Of a DNA stretch of 64,000 bases, positions 16,726 to 26,912 are shown in pieces (within the stretch, counting starts at the first letter, position 1; each line of letters begins with the position of its first letter). The notes beneath the pieces were generated by a model. That model was not told where the DNA came from and searched no databases. It was given only the letters and a program-made list of their open reading frames with translations. This stretch comes from Candidatus Woesearchaeota archaeon. GTDB lineage: Archaea; Nanobdellota; Nanobdellia; Woesearchaeales; JACPBV01. A program made the position numbers and the translations under genes. The stretch covers positions 2,952 to 66,951 of the forward strand of contig JAHWHQ010000036.1 in assembly GCA_019323195.1 (NCBI GenBank), in the 5' to 3' direction.

Positions 16726-19700
16726 GAAAATATTTGTCTTTTTGGTCATGGCTGTTTTTTTGGCTAGTCTGGTCAGGTCCATAGTTCTTTTACCGGAAAA
16801 CCCATTATATGGTTGTAAATTAGATGTACAATATTCAGATGGGGGCCAAATAGACACTAACCCCACCCAGCCATGGAGCGGAGGGGTCAGGTTTGATGGC
16901 AGCAGCAAAAGGATATCCTTTGTAGGCTATGTAAACGGGGACGATGCGATTGATTTGAAGGTGACGTGTTCCGACCCAGGATTACAATCATGCATTTTGA
17001 GAGCAAGAGACGCAGACTCGGTGATATGGAAGTCTGGCAGGTTTGATGGAACCCCTGTAAGGATATCTTTTACAGGCCCGGTGGGCAGCGGTGATGCTAT
17101 TGAGGTTAAGATATACTGCCCCTCTCCTGGGGTGAGAAACAATTGTAAGCTATATGGCAGATACTCAGATTTAGGTCAAATAGATTCTAAGTCGTGGGGG
17201 GATGGGGTTAAGTTCGATAACTCACCATTGGAGATATCGTTTACAGGGGTGGTTAGTAATGATGATGATATAGACCTGAAGATCGAATGCGACTGCCCAT
17301 GCCCTTTTGGCTTGTGTTGTGATAACTGCCAGTTCAGGGATGCGGGAGAGGTATGCGGGAATGTTCCAAGTGATTGTTTGAGTAAGACAGGGGCTGACTA
17401 TTGTTGCGATAAACCAGAGGTATGTGATGGGGCAACGCCTGGCTGCCCTCCAGATAACGATGTCCAAGACAGCAACTATGTTTGCAGGAACCCAAAGGCA
17501 TGTACCGAGCCGGAATGCTGCGACTTACCTGAAAAATGTGACGGCTTAACTAAATACTGCCCTACAGAAGATAAAGTTAAGGATGAAGGGGTACTTTGCA
17601 AGACAGATACAAGGGCATGCTATGATGATGGGTATTGTGACGGGGAATTCCCTGTTTGCTTGCCAAACCCTGCCCCCAAGGATACTCCATGCACTACCGA
17701 CGATGGCAAATCAGGCTATTGCGACCTTGATGGGAACTGTAATGCCGGATGCAGCTCTGATCAGACCTCTCTTTCAAGAAAATCTTCAATGACCGGCTCT
17801 TCAGACACAAATGATATCCCGCAAGATCTCAACGATCAGGCGTGCTGTGACAGTGCAGAGATGTGCGTATATGCCGGAGCGTGTTATCTTGGCACTTCAG
17901 ATAGGTCATATTATCTAAATGCCCTGGGCATTAATGATGTTATCTGCAGATCGAATACCTGGCATGACTGCGATTACAAGGAGGACTATTGTACTGGCTG
18001 GGGTGTGTGCAGTATAGGTATTGGGCGCTGGATAAAAAACGGGGAGGAACAAACAATAGGGGAGTATAATACAGCCTATCCCAATCCAACAGAGAAGTGC
18101 TGCGGTGATGATGCCGGGGAGAAATACGTATCAAGAAATGTTGTAGGTTCAGACTCTGACATTCCGGCAGATGCAGATGACGTGGCCTGTTGTTCCAGCA
18201 GCACTGATTGCGTCTATGACGGCAAGTGCTATGATGCTGGCTCTACAGACCCTGGCAGTTACTGCAAGGGACAAAAGTGGAATGGAGGGGATGATTTACC
18301 AGAGGCATGCCCTCTCTTGGGCGGAACATGGGATGCAGCCATGGCGGCGGGTAGCCAATGCTGCGGCGATGATGAAGGAGAGACGCCAAAATCCCGGGAG
18401 GGGGATTATGCTGACCTTAATGATGAAGCCTGCTGCGGTAGCGATGAATGCGTCCTTAGTGGGGGATGTAAGCCGTATCTTGCTACCTATGACCTGAGCA
18501 GCTACAGCGTTTTAGACGATTCTGCTGACCTAGAGGTGTGCATGTCATCCGGGTGGAAGGATCCAGATTTTAGCCAGGAAGCGTGCCAGGCCGTAAATAA
18601 CAAAAGAACAGATGGAGGGGGAAACTTAATCCCTACATTATGGATGGCGGGGGGGGAGTGCGGATATGGCACTGGGCAATGTGATGATGCCCCTAATTCC
18701 CCAAATAAGATGAATTTCTGCTGCGGTGACGACCCTTGGGAGCTTTTTAACCCTGCCAGGAGCGGAACTAAGTGTTTTATCCACCCGGATTACGGGTGTT
18801 CCCATGATGGTGTGGACTATATATATAAGCCGATGGTAAATGGGAAGTATACTGATGATGACTGCTGTAAAGGCACATGCCCTGAAGGGGGATGTTGCGA
18901 TAAGAACTGCAATTATCTGCCTGATACCCATATATGCAGGGAAGCGGCGTCAGAATGTGATGTGGCTGAAAAATGCACAGGAACGAGCCCAGACTGCCCA
19001 GACAACGCCTTTGAACCAATCGGTACAGAACCTCCTTGCGGGAAGTGCGACGGGGCAGGGAACTGCGGGGAATGCCTTCCTACCGAGTTTAATAACCACC
19101 GAGAATCAATAAAACCTGCTATACCTATAGATGATAAATATCCTTATTTCCCAACACTTACTACAGACAAGGCATGCTGCTCAGAAATAGATGATTGCGT
19201 GTATGACGGCAAGTGCTATGCCAGCAACAGCGGCAGGCCAGAGGGCAGCCCCCCTGTTGATATTATGGGCGCTGTCTGTTATATCCCTGAATCACAAAAG
19301 TGCCCCACCTGCATAAGGGGCGGAACATGGTATGACTGCGACAATGACCAGAGCTTTTGCACGAATAATGAGTGGGGATGTTCCCTGAACTGGGTGGCCA
19401 GCGGGGAGGCTGGTGTCGGGGAGTACGGCGCTGAGGGAACGATGGAATGCTGCGGGGATGATTTTGATACTGACGGCAACCCCCAGGAGTTCTTTAAGGT
19501 AATCAAGCTGGGCAGCGATTCTACACTTTCGGTTTCAGGAACAGACAAGGCATGCTGCAATTCAGGCAATGACTGCGTTGAGAATTATGAATGCTATGAT
19601 CCAGGAAGGCTGCATAAGGGTGGGAAGGATTACTGCAATGCAACAGGAGGATGGGAGGGAGGGGATAATTCAGAGGCTGCATGCACGGCAATAACAAAAG

Positions 19701-22700
19701 CTGCAGGAAGGTGGGATATAGACTTTGAATCTTCCGTTGCTGCAACAGGACCGTGCTGCGGTGATGATGATGCTACAGAGAGGTTTGTTACCTGTGACAT
19801 TGATGATTTTTGCAGCGATACAGCAAAAACAGCGTGCTGCGACAATACGCATGACTGCGTATTTGACGGGGTATGCCATCCTGCCTATGATGCCAGCAAT
19901 CCAAAGCCGGAATCTTTCCTTGATATGAAGAATGGCCTTCCTCTATGGGACACATCTTCTGACATGGAGGTCTGCATCGATGATCCGGTGGCAGGGAGGC
20001 TGGGTTGGAAAGACCCTGATGATTATGATGGTGCCTGCTCTGCCGTGAACAACAGGCCGAACCCTACTAGGTGGATGTCCGGGGCAGATACAAGCTGCGG
20101 CCTTGAGAGGGAAGGGAGGGTATGCGATGATTCTCCCAGCGGGCTAAACACGGCAGATTTCTGCTGCGGCGATGATGAGGGGGAGGTTTTTAGGGAAGAG
20201 GAAGGTTTTGAGAATGCGTGCCTTGTCAAGGGCGGATGCTATTTTGAGGGACAACACTTCCTGGACGGGGAATATTCAGGGGATAATTACTGCCAGAACG
20301 GTGAGGTCATACAGAGAACGAAGCTTATTGCCCTACAGCTGTTGGACATAGCAAACAAGGAAAGCCCTTCGCATTATACATTATTCTGCGACAGCTATGA
20401 GAATGCCCTTAACTATTATAGCTACGACCTTAATCCGCCGTATTCAACTTCAGCCTTTCCTTATACAGATAAAATCAATAATGTATGCCTCTTAAGGCTA
20501 AAAGACCAGGTAATATTCGGGACATCCTTAGATGACCCTATAGACGAAGGGGCTTACCCTTTCATTAACGTACTAAAGGATATAAAAAGCAATCTTGACT
20601 GCAGCAGCGTGCAAGGTGTAGGGGACTGGCAGTTCCATAGCTGCAATACTCTTAAGGTATGGTATAATGATAAGATACAGAGCGTAATATACAGCAATAA
20701 GGACCTAAACCTTGGGAACCTTGATTTTGATGAGAAGTTCTTATTGTTCCTGAAGAACCCGTTCCAGAACATATTTGATTCAATTATCAGCTTATTTGGG
20801 GAGTCGAAGGTTGATCCCGAGGATTATGGGTTCCTGAAAGACAGCAAGAAGTTTTCAAGGATATACCTTGACAGGACAGGGGTCAAGTCCATAAAAGGTG
20901 TTATAGAGGATGATGCAGAAGCAGGAGAGTACCTTTCTATAGCCTATAACTGCTATACTGATGATATATGCGAGACAGTAGAGGCTGCGCAGGAGAGATT
21001 TGGGGCCAAAGGGATATTTGGAGGGGATGAGATCAGCTGCAGTTATAAGCCGGATATCTCCACTTATTATGTTGCAAGCAGATCACCTACCCGGCTGGAC
21101 ATGTGGCCGCAGCTGACAGCAGGCTTGAGGACGAAGAATGTAAAGCTTCCTACAGGGCTTACAATAACCCCGCGCATAAAGGCGCCGGAAAAGGCTATAA
21201 AGGGCTATCCTGTAGAGTTCCAGGCAGATGTTGAGGGGGCCTGCATCTCACCCCCTTATACCTATTCCTGGACTTTTGGGGATGCAGGAACAGGCTCAGG
21301 AGAGGCGCCAACACATGCCTATACTGCAACAGGCAGCTATATTGTGGGCTTAACAGTTGAGGAACAGAAAGATGCTTCAAACCATGGAAGCGGCACCCAT
21401 AGCCTGGAGGTTATTGACATTAAAGATTGTGAAATAAGGGATAAATCAGTTGGATGTGATGCTGGAGCCCTTGAGCAGTGCATCATGTCATTATCCGCAG
21501 GGGCAGATGCTACAGCAGACGAGGCATGCGACAGCGTCTCGCCATACGAGCTTTGCTGCCAGAATATATTCCAGGTGGATACTGCCCCGGGGGGGTGCGG
21601 GGAGGCGGGGCTTATCTCATTGTCACAGACCTTTAACGGCAGGGCAGACGGGTATAACCAGGGGACGTTTGCAAACGACATCTGCATAAGGTCGGCTGTG
21701 GAGGGGATGAAGGCCAGCTGCAGGCCTGTACTTAAAGGAGATACTTTCAATAACCTTGGTGGCGAGGTGTGCGTCCTTTCATTATCTGCTTTTAAGGGGG
21801 GCGTAATCTCGGGATGCGACCCCAATGCTGAAGTGAATATCTACTGCAGGATTATCGATGAGGCTGTAAATGTTGAAAACTGTGAGAACGGCGAGAATGA
21901 TGATGGAAGCGGCCTTGATGACTGCGAGAACGCGGCCTACTGCCCGACAGGGACATTCTGCAATGCGGAGCATACGCAAAGATGCACAAAAGACGCATCT
22001 GACAATCGCCTGTGTGAATGCATCGATAATGATGGTGACGGCTATGGCGCTTGCGCTGGTGCGGATTGTAATGATCCTGCTACATGTGACTGCAATGATG
22101 GTGATCCCTCAATACATCCAGGTGCAGCTGAAACCTGCGATAATGTAGATGAGGACTGTGACAAGCTAGTTGATGAGGGTGTAACAAAACAAGAGGCATG
22201 CAGTGTCGGCTGTCCTGGAAACAAATGCACTTTTACATGCTCAGCAGGGGCGTGGACTGAAGACCTTTCTAACGCTTATAATGGGGCTACTCTAGAGGTG
22301 TGTGATGCTTTGGATAATGACTGCGACGGGGAGATTAATGAGGGTGTAACAAGAATGGTTTTCTGCGGCGACTATGGAGTCTGCAAACTCCAAAGCCATA
22401 CTCAAACATGCAACATAGCTGGTGAATGGGTTCCTGCTACCTGTGATACAACTACAATCCCTAATTATAACACTAATGATGATTGTAGTGATACCTTAGA
22501 TAATGACTGCGATAATTCTGTAAATGAGGATGGGTTGGAGACATTCTATAAAGATGGCGATTCAGACGGGTATGGGCTGCAGACAGATTTACAGGAGGCA
22601 TGTGCAGGTTCGCTGCCTGCTGGCTATGTCGCTTCTAAACCCGACGGTTATGACTGTAATGATGGCGATTGGAGGATTAATCCTGGGAAGACCGAGACCT

Positions 22701-25021
22701 GCGACGGGCTGGATAATGACTGTGACTCAACAACAGCGGACGGCTCTGATGAATCCTGGTTTGGTGCTGCCTGTGACGGCACAGACGCAGATCAATGCGC
22801 TGACGGATTCTATGTATGCACTGCAGAGGTAAAGGCATGTACAGACGATGCTGCCAATAGGATTGAGGTATGTGACGGCGATGATAATGACTGTGATGGT
22901 TTAACGGACGAAAATGTTCTGACTACATACTATCAGGATGCAGATGGAGATGGCTATGGAAAATATTCCAGCACAAAACAGGATTGTACACCACCTGTAG
23001 GTTATGTCGCTTCTAAGCCCGATGGTTATGACTGTGATGACACCAAGCCAGGTATTCATCCAGGAGCCACTGAAACCTGTGATGGCCTAGATAATAATTG
23101 CGTGGATGGAACGGATGAAGGGTGTGATTGTGTAACCGGAGCCACGCGAGACTGCGGGGCAAGCAATACAGCACCATGTAAATATGGCAAAGAAACCTGT
23201 GTAAATGGCGCGTGGAGCGGCAGCTGCATCGGCAATATAGACCCCGCCACTGAAATCTGCGATGGTGTGGATAATGACTGTGACGGCTCAACAGACGAAA
23301 CATATTCAAACTGCCCTGCCGCTTATATTGATGCTCCTAATTGTAAGTCCTATGCAGCCAGCACCTGTAGTAGCGGGAGCTGCACTGCTCAAGCAGCTTC
23401 TGATGCTCCTGATAACACCATATGTGAAGTTAGCACAGGCAGGGTCTGCAAAGGGGGCACTTGTTGTGTTGCTAATCTGGGCCAGCCATGCTTAAATGGT
23501 TATGGCAGTTCCTGCGTTAATCCAGGGACTATACAATGCGACGGAAGCTGCACAGGCTGGACTTTTAAGGATAAAGGTACCTCTTGTGGCGGTTATCTCC
23601 ACCAGTGTAATGGTGCTGGAAGTTGTTGTACAGGCCCTGAGTTAAATGTAGATTGCATCTCTACTTGCGGGAACGGCGTCTGTGATTCTACAGAATCCTG
23701 CAATAAATGCCCTGAAGATTGCCCTATTGCAGCATTTTCTGCCAGCGGAACAGGATGCGCAGCATGCCCCTTAGGATCCTATGCTGGGGAGGGAGGCGTC
23801 ACATACTGCAAGACTCCGATTGACTCCTGCCTAACTGCCTCATTTAGGTATCGTTGTACTGGTTGCGCAGGATCAGCCTGTTGTACCTGGGTTAAAGCAA
23901 GCTGTTTTGTTCCTTACTCTGAAGGCGTCCCCTGCCGAAGTTATACCGAGGATCTTATGTGGAAGATTTCCAGCGACCCATCTATAATTAACGGTCTTTC
24001 ATGCGCCCCTACCTGCCCACAGCTCCTTATCAAATCAGAAGATGGAACCCTAACTTACCAAAACAATATCATTAAGGGAAATATCCTGCCAAACCTGGAA
24101 ACACTAAGGTTTGATAAATTCAGGCAAAGGATTCAGCCTGGCGACAAGATTGTAATACACGAGGCCGGTGCAGGGGATGTTACTTACCTGAACTCTCTTG
24201 AGTTGGTGGGCTATAAGAGCTTAGAGGGAAAGACAGAGGTCCTTCTTGACCAGAGCTTCAACCCTGTAGGGTTTAATCAAGGGGATTTAGTGTCCACCCT
24301 CCCTGAAACTGAGATACAGGATTACCTTGAATACAACGAGATAAATCTTGATGGGGAAGAGGCATACCTTTACCTGACAGGAGGGATAACATCCCAATGG
24401 ACCACCAATCTGCGCGAGGTCGTAATGAAGAAGCTTGCGCACCCTAAACTGTATGAGCTGGCTCCGGGATTTGTGGATCTTGTAGGGACAAACCTTTCCT
24501 TCTATGCCAATATTGTTGTGGAGGTGGAGAAAAATGGTGTCTGGCAGAGATTAAACATGCCTAAGGTTTTGATCATGGAGAATCATGAAACAGCTGTTGT
24601 AAGATTACCTGCAGGGGCATCCAGAGTGCGGACCCGAACAATTTTGGGGATGTACCAGTTCGACAGGTTTGCATTGCTTCCGGTTTCAGATGCAGACCCT
24701 GATATAGAACAAAAAACATTCACATTAAAGGATAATGCCCAATTAGCAGAGACTGACGGCCTATACAGCGAAATTGAGAAGGACCCGCTTGAGATTGACC
24801 TTGCTGATTTTAATGATGCGGAAGAGATACAGAACTACGACAATTTTTACCTTAAGACAAGCGGATATTACCTTTACGGGAAACGGGCAATGGAAGATAT
24901 GGAGAGCACACTTATGGATGATTTAGTTCTGGCCTATAGGCTGAATAAGATTAAAAAATGGCTCAGTTCCCCTGAAGAATATATGGAAGAGATAATGGAT
25001 TTTGCAGGAATGAAGTCGTGA
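16715..25021 (+). CDS. Giant secreted Cys-rich surface protein (2768 aa)
   Basis: Signal/anchor is MVNKKIFVFLVMAVFLASLV. Three N-terminal repeats of about 55 aa (YSDGGQIDTN...ISFVGYVNGDDAIDLKVTC) are encoded at about 16820-17290. At least six Cys-rich modules of the form CCGDDxGE ... ACCxSxxDCVxDGxCY follow. A PKD-like domain (YTYSWTFGDAGTGSGEAPTHAYTATGSYIVGLTV) is encoded at about 21150-21420. MopE-like putative metal-binding motifs (CxDxDxDGYG, DNDCDGxxDE, HPGAxETCDGxDN) at about 21990-23320 recur at least six times. The C-terminal approximately 450 aa are Cys-poor. Confidence 0.85.
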   Translation: MVNKKIFVFLVMAVFLASLVRSIVLLPENPLYGCKLDVQYSDGGQIDTNPTQPWSGGVRFDGSSKRISFVGYVNGDDAIDLKVTCSDPGLQSCILRARDADSVIWKSGRFDGTPVRISFTGPVGSGDAIEVKIYCPSPGVRNNCKLYGRYSDLGQIDSKSWGDGVKFDNSPLEISFTGVVSNDDDIDLKIECDCPCPFGLCCDNCQFRDAGEVCGNVPSDCLSKTGADYCCDKPEVCDGATPGCPPDNDVQDSNYVCRNPKACTEPECCDLPEKCDGLTKYCPTEDKVKDEGVLCKTDTRACYDDGYCDGEFPVCLPNPAPKDTPCTTDDGKSGYCDLDGNCNAGCSSDQTSLSRKSSMTGSSDTNDIPQDLNDQACCDSAEMCVYAGACYLGTSDRSYYLNALGINDVICRSNTWHDCDYKEDYCTGWGVCSIGIGRWIKNGEEQTIGEYNTAYPNPTEKCCGDDAGEKYVSRNVVGSDSDIPADADDVACCSSSTDCVYDGKCYDAGSTDPGSYCKGQKWNGGDDLPEACPLLGGTWDAAMAAGSQCCGDDEGETPKSREGDYADLNDEACCGSDECVLSGGCKPYLATYDLSSYSVLDDSADLEVCMSSGWKDPDFSQEACQAVNNKRTDGGGNLIPTLWMAGGECGYGTGQCDDAPNSPNKMNFCCGDDPWELFNPARSGTKCFIHPDYGCSHDGVDYIYKPMVNGKYTDDDCCKGTCPEGGCCDKNCNYLPDTHICREAASECDVAEKCTGTSPDCPDNAFEPIGTEPPCGKCDGAGNCGECLPTEFNNHRESIKPAIPIDDKYPYFPTLTTDKACCSEIDDCVYDGKCYASNSGRPEGSPPVDIMGAVCYIPESQKCPTCIRGGTWYDCDNDQSFCTNNEWGCSLNWVASGEAGVGEYGAEGTMECCGDDFDTDGNPQEFFKVIKLGSDSTLSVSGTDKACCNSGNDCVENYECYDPGRLHKGGKDYCNATGGWEGGDNSEAACTAITKAAGRWDIDFESSVAATGPCCGDDDATERFVTCDIDDFCSDTAKTACCDNTHDCVFDGVCHPAYDASNPKPESFLDMKNGLPLWDTSSDMEVCIDDPVAGRLGWKDPDDYDGACSAVNNRPNPTRWMSGADTSCGLEREGRVCDDSPSGLNTADFCCGDDEGEVFREEEGFENACLVKGGCYFEGQHFLDGEYSGDNYCQNGEVIQRTKLIALQLLDIANKESPSHYTLFCDSYENALNYYSYDLNPPYSTSAFPYTDKINNVCLLRLKDQVIFGTSLDDPIDEGAYPFINVLKDIKSNLDCSSVQGVGDWQFHSCNTLKVWYNDKIQSVIYSNKDLNLGNLDFDEKFLLFLKNPFQNIFDSIISLFGESKVDPEDYGFLKDSKKFSRIYLDRTGVKSIKGVIEDDAEAGEYLSIAYNCYTDDICETVEAAQERFGAKGIFGGDEISCSYKPDISTYYVASRSPTRLDMWPQLTAGLRTKNVKLPTGLTITPRIKAPEKAIKGYPVEFQADVEGACISPPYTYSWTFGDAGTGSGEAPTHAYTATGSYIVGLTVEEQKDASNHGSGTHSLEVIDIKDCEIRDKSVGCDAGALEQCIMSLSAGADATADEACDSVSPYELCCQNIFQVDTAPGGCGEAGLISLSQTFNGRADGYNQGTFANDICIRSAVEGMKASCRPVLKGDTFNNLGGEVCVLSLSAFKGGVISGCDPNAEVNIYCRIIDEAVNVENCENGENDDGSGLDDCENAAYCPTGTFCNAEHTQRCTKDASDNRLCECIDNDGDGYGACAGADCNDPATCDCNDGDPSIHPGAAETCDNVDEDCDKLVDEGVTKQEACSVGCPGNKCTFTCSAGAWTEDLSNAYNGATLEVCDALDNDCDGEINEGVTRMVFCGDYGVCKLQSHTQTCNIAGEWVPATCDTTTIPNYNTNDDCSDTLDNDCDNSVNEDGLETFYKDGDSDGYGLQTDLQEACAGSLPAGYVASKPDGYDCNDGDWRINPGKTETCDGLDNDCDSTTADGSDESWFGAACDGTDADQCADGFYVCTAEVKACTDDAANRIEVCDGDDNDCDGLTDENVLTTYYQDADGDGYGKYSSTKQDCTPPVGYVASKPDGYDCDDTKPGIHPGATETCDGLDNNCVDGTDEGCDCVTGATRDCGASNTAPCKYGKETCVNGAWSGSCIGNIDPATEICDGVDNDCDGSTDETYSNCPAAYIDAPNCKSYAASTCSSGSCTAQAASDAPDNTICEVSTGRVCKGGTCCVANLGQPCLNGYGSSCVNPGTIQCDGSCTGWTFKDKGTSCGGYLHQCNGAGSCCTGPELNVDCISTCGNGVCDSTESCNKCPEDCPIAAFSASGTGCAACPLGSYAGEGGVTYCKTPIDSCLTASFRYRCTGCAGSACCTWVKASCFVPYSEGVPCRSYTEDLMWKISSDPSIINGLSCAPTCPQLLIKSEDGTLTYQNNIIKGNILPNLETLRFDKFRQRIQPGDKIVIHEAGAGDVTYLNSLELVGYKSLEGKTEVLLDQSFNPVGFNQGDLVSTLPETEIQDYLEYNEINLDGEEAYLYLTGGITSQWTTNLREVVMKKLAHPKLYELAPGFVDLVGTNLSFYANIVVEVEKNGVWQRLNMPKVLIMENHETAVVRLPAGASRVRTRTILGMYQFDRFALLPVSDADPDIEQKTFTLKDNAQLAETDGLYSEIEKDPLEIDLADFNDAEEIQNYDNFYLKTSGYYLYGKRAMEDMESTLMDDLVLAYRLNKIKKWLSSPEEYMEEIMDFAGMKS

Positions 25022-25056
25022 TGCTGAAATATTTAAACACATTGATGTTTTTATTG

Positions 25057-25077
25057 AAAATCCCTAATGGGATTTTT
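25057..25077 (+). terminator. Hairpin aaaatccc-taat-gggatttt followed by a T-run, 36 nt after the giant-gene stop (possible terminator or attenuator)
   Basis: An 8-bp perfect stem, 4-nt loop and 3' U-tract read directly. Archaeal termination normally needs only T-tracts, so the functional role is inferred. Confidence 0.4.
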
Positions 25078-25174
25078 AATCCCTTAAAGGCAAACGACCT
25101 TAACTTTAGTGAAGTGATTTCCTTAAGCACGAACCATCACTGAGCCGGATAAAGAACCTTTGCAATAAAAACCT

Positions 25175-26653
25175 TTGGAAATGAAAAAAGCCCAGATAAC
25201 AGTCTTCATAGTCCTAGGGGTAGTGGTTATGGTAATAGCCGGGATGGTGTTCTTTATCAACAGCAGGACATCAGAGGCAGGCCTTGAGAACAGGGTCAAT
25301 AAGATCTATACGGATTTTCTTGGCAGTACAGGCATCAAGGGATATGTCACCAACTGCCTTGAGAGGTCTACAAAGGAGGCTGTAAGGCTGGCAGCGCTGC
25401 AGGGAGGGAAGATATATGATTACCAGGCTGGGGGGGGCTATAGCCTTCCTTCTGTTAACCAGCATGAGAAGATAATGCCTTTTGAGGTTGATGGGGTTGT
25501 GTATAATGTGAGCTATGGTATAAGGGCCCCTAACAGGCTGTTAAGCATCTACCCTAAGTATAATTATTACCCTTATCCAGGCATGCTGGTCAATAATCCC
25601 CAAGCCCAGAAAGCACCTAAGAATGCATACAGTTCTGTTTTTGCACTTCTGGAAAATGATATCCATAACAGGTATTCATTAACCAGCCTGTGCAACTATT
25701 ACGGCCCTAATACCTATGACCTCTCGCCGGATGCAGCCTATACCTGCGAGACAACTACCCTGACAAACATCTCTTTCCAGCAGTACCTCTCTGCCTTTAT
25801 ATTCAACATGACAAAGGAATGCGTCAACTTCCCGCAGTTCAGGTCGCAGACAAAATATAACATCTCTGATGAAAATATAAAGGGTTTTGTCCTGATAGGC
25901 AATGATGATATCTTTGTCAACATAAGGTACCCTATAACTATATCGATAAAGAACTATCCGCCTGTAACAAAGTTCCTGGAGTTTACATACCGGCCTAAGA
26001 TAAGGCTGAAGAAGATGCATGAGCTGGCAGTGCACCTTATAGGGTACAGGCCGGTAGGTGAGAAGGTCAGGGCAGAGGCGGATAATATATTCTTTAATAT
26101 AACCAAGAACGACTCTAATGACTGCTTCGGGGATGATGATATTGGAAGCCAGCCATGCATACTCAAGGGGATGAATGTAACTAAGGTAAGGGATTACTGC
26201 CTTGGAAATGCGCTTTGCGATGAGCAGCTTCCAGGCATGCCTGAGCATTACATGTATACAGATATAATAAACATAACAGACAGGAACTCCTCAATAGACG
26301 GCAGGCCATTAACACTTCTTTTTGCGGTAGAGAACAGGGATCCTGCCCTGAATAATACCAACCCAGACCTGTCTGACCCTTCTTTTGACCCCTCTATGGG
26401 AAAAATAGTTGTTAAGAAGGACGATACTATCACTTTTTTTGCGCTTGACCCTGATGAGGATAATGCGGTCTGTAAGCTAGGGGATGATGAGGATTATTCA
26501 CCTGATGATATTTCTCTTGGTGATTTTACAGATAATGGGGAGTGCGGGTTCAAGGCAAACAAGATCGGCACTTATAGGGGGATAATAAACGTTTCAGACG
26601 ATGAAGGGCTTTATGATTATCAGTATCTGGAGATTACTGTTAATTCTCCTTAG
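25175..26653 (+). CDS. Secreted or surface protein with an N-terminal class-III-like (prepilin-type) signal peptide, 492 aa
   Basis: The N-terminus is MEMKKA|QITVFIVLGVVVMVIAGMVFFI, i.e. basic residues, Ala, Gln at +1, then a long hydrophobic helix. The rest is hydrophilic with many N-x-S/T sequons. There is no enzyme motif. Confidence 0.5.
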   Translation: MEMKKAQITVFIVLGVVVMVIAGMVFFINSRTSEAGLENRVNKIYTDFLGSTGIKGYVTNCLERSTKEAVRLAALQGGKIYDYQAGGGYSLPSVNQHEKIMPFEVDGVVYNVSYGIRAPNRLLSIYPKYNYYPYPGMLVNNPQAQKAPKNAYSSVFALLENDIHNRYSLTSLCNYYGPNTYDLSPDAAYTCETTTLTNISFQQYLSAFIFNMTKECVNFPQFRSQTKYNISDENIKGFVLIGNDDIFVNIRYPITISIKNYPPVTKFLEFTYRPKIRLKKMHELAVHLIGYRPVGEKVRAEADNIFFNITKNDSNDCFGDDDIGSQPCILKGMNVTKVRDYCLGNALCDEQLPGMPEHYMYTDIINITDRNSSIDGRPLTLLFAVENRDPALNNTNPDLSDPSFDPSMGKIVVKKDDTITFFALDPDEDNAVCKLGDDEDYSPDDISLGDFTDNGECGFKANKIGTYRGIINVSDDEGLYDYQYLEITVNSP

Positions 26654-26730
26654 TATTTTAATTGCTCAAGAAGGCGTTTGATTATTCTTGATTGTTGACA
26701 TTTAGAAATTGCCCCAAAACCAAAAATCTT

Positions 26731-26753
26731 AAATACATACTTAATATGTATTT
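26731..26753. promoter_or_regulatory. Palindromic operator-like element aaatacata-cttaa-tatgtattt
   Basis: A perfect 9-bp inverted repeat. Its core ACATACT..(A)GTATGT is related to the palindrome at 16447-16465. It lies about 160 bp upstream of the second RHH gene. Confidence 0.45.
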
Positions 26754-26912
26754 ATCTTATTATTTCATACTAAGTAATCCTTATTGCTGGTGACCTTTAA
26801 AATCGTAACTTTTAAATATTACTTACTAAATAATACAACATAATCTAGGGTATGCAATAGTAATCACCACAAGGGCTAAGATCGTTTTGGGGAAAATGTA
26901 AGAGGAGAGAGA

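Noticed and set aside
16927-24000. Dozens of antisense or alternative-frame ORFs of 60-160 aa inside the giant genes (e.g. 21337..21825 -, 37731..38201 -, 43311..44018 -) and inside the PolD and MCM genes
   Set aside because: They are fully nested in long, well-supported coding frames with recognisable domains. They are Ser/Pro/Leu-rich and low-complexity, typical of spurious frames in the antisense or shifted frames of Cys/Asp-rich coding sequence.
25021-25158. 45-codon ORF (MLKYLNTLMFLLKIPNGIFNPLKANDLNFSEVISLSTNHH) starting at the giant-gene stop
   Set aside because: It spans the terminator-like hairpin. It has no recognisable fold or signal, has unremarkable composition, and is too short to support. 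It is treated as non-coding.
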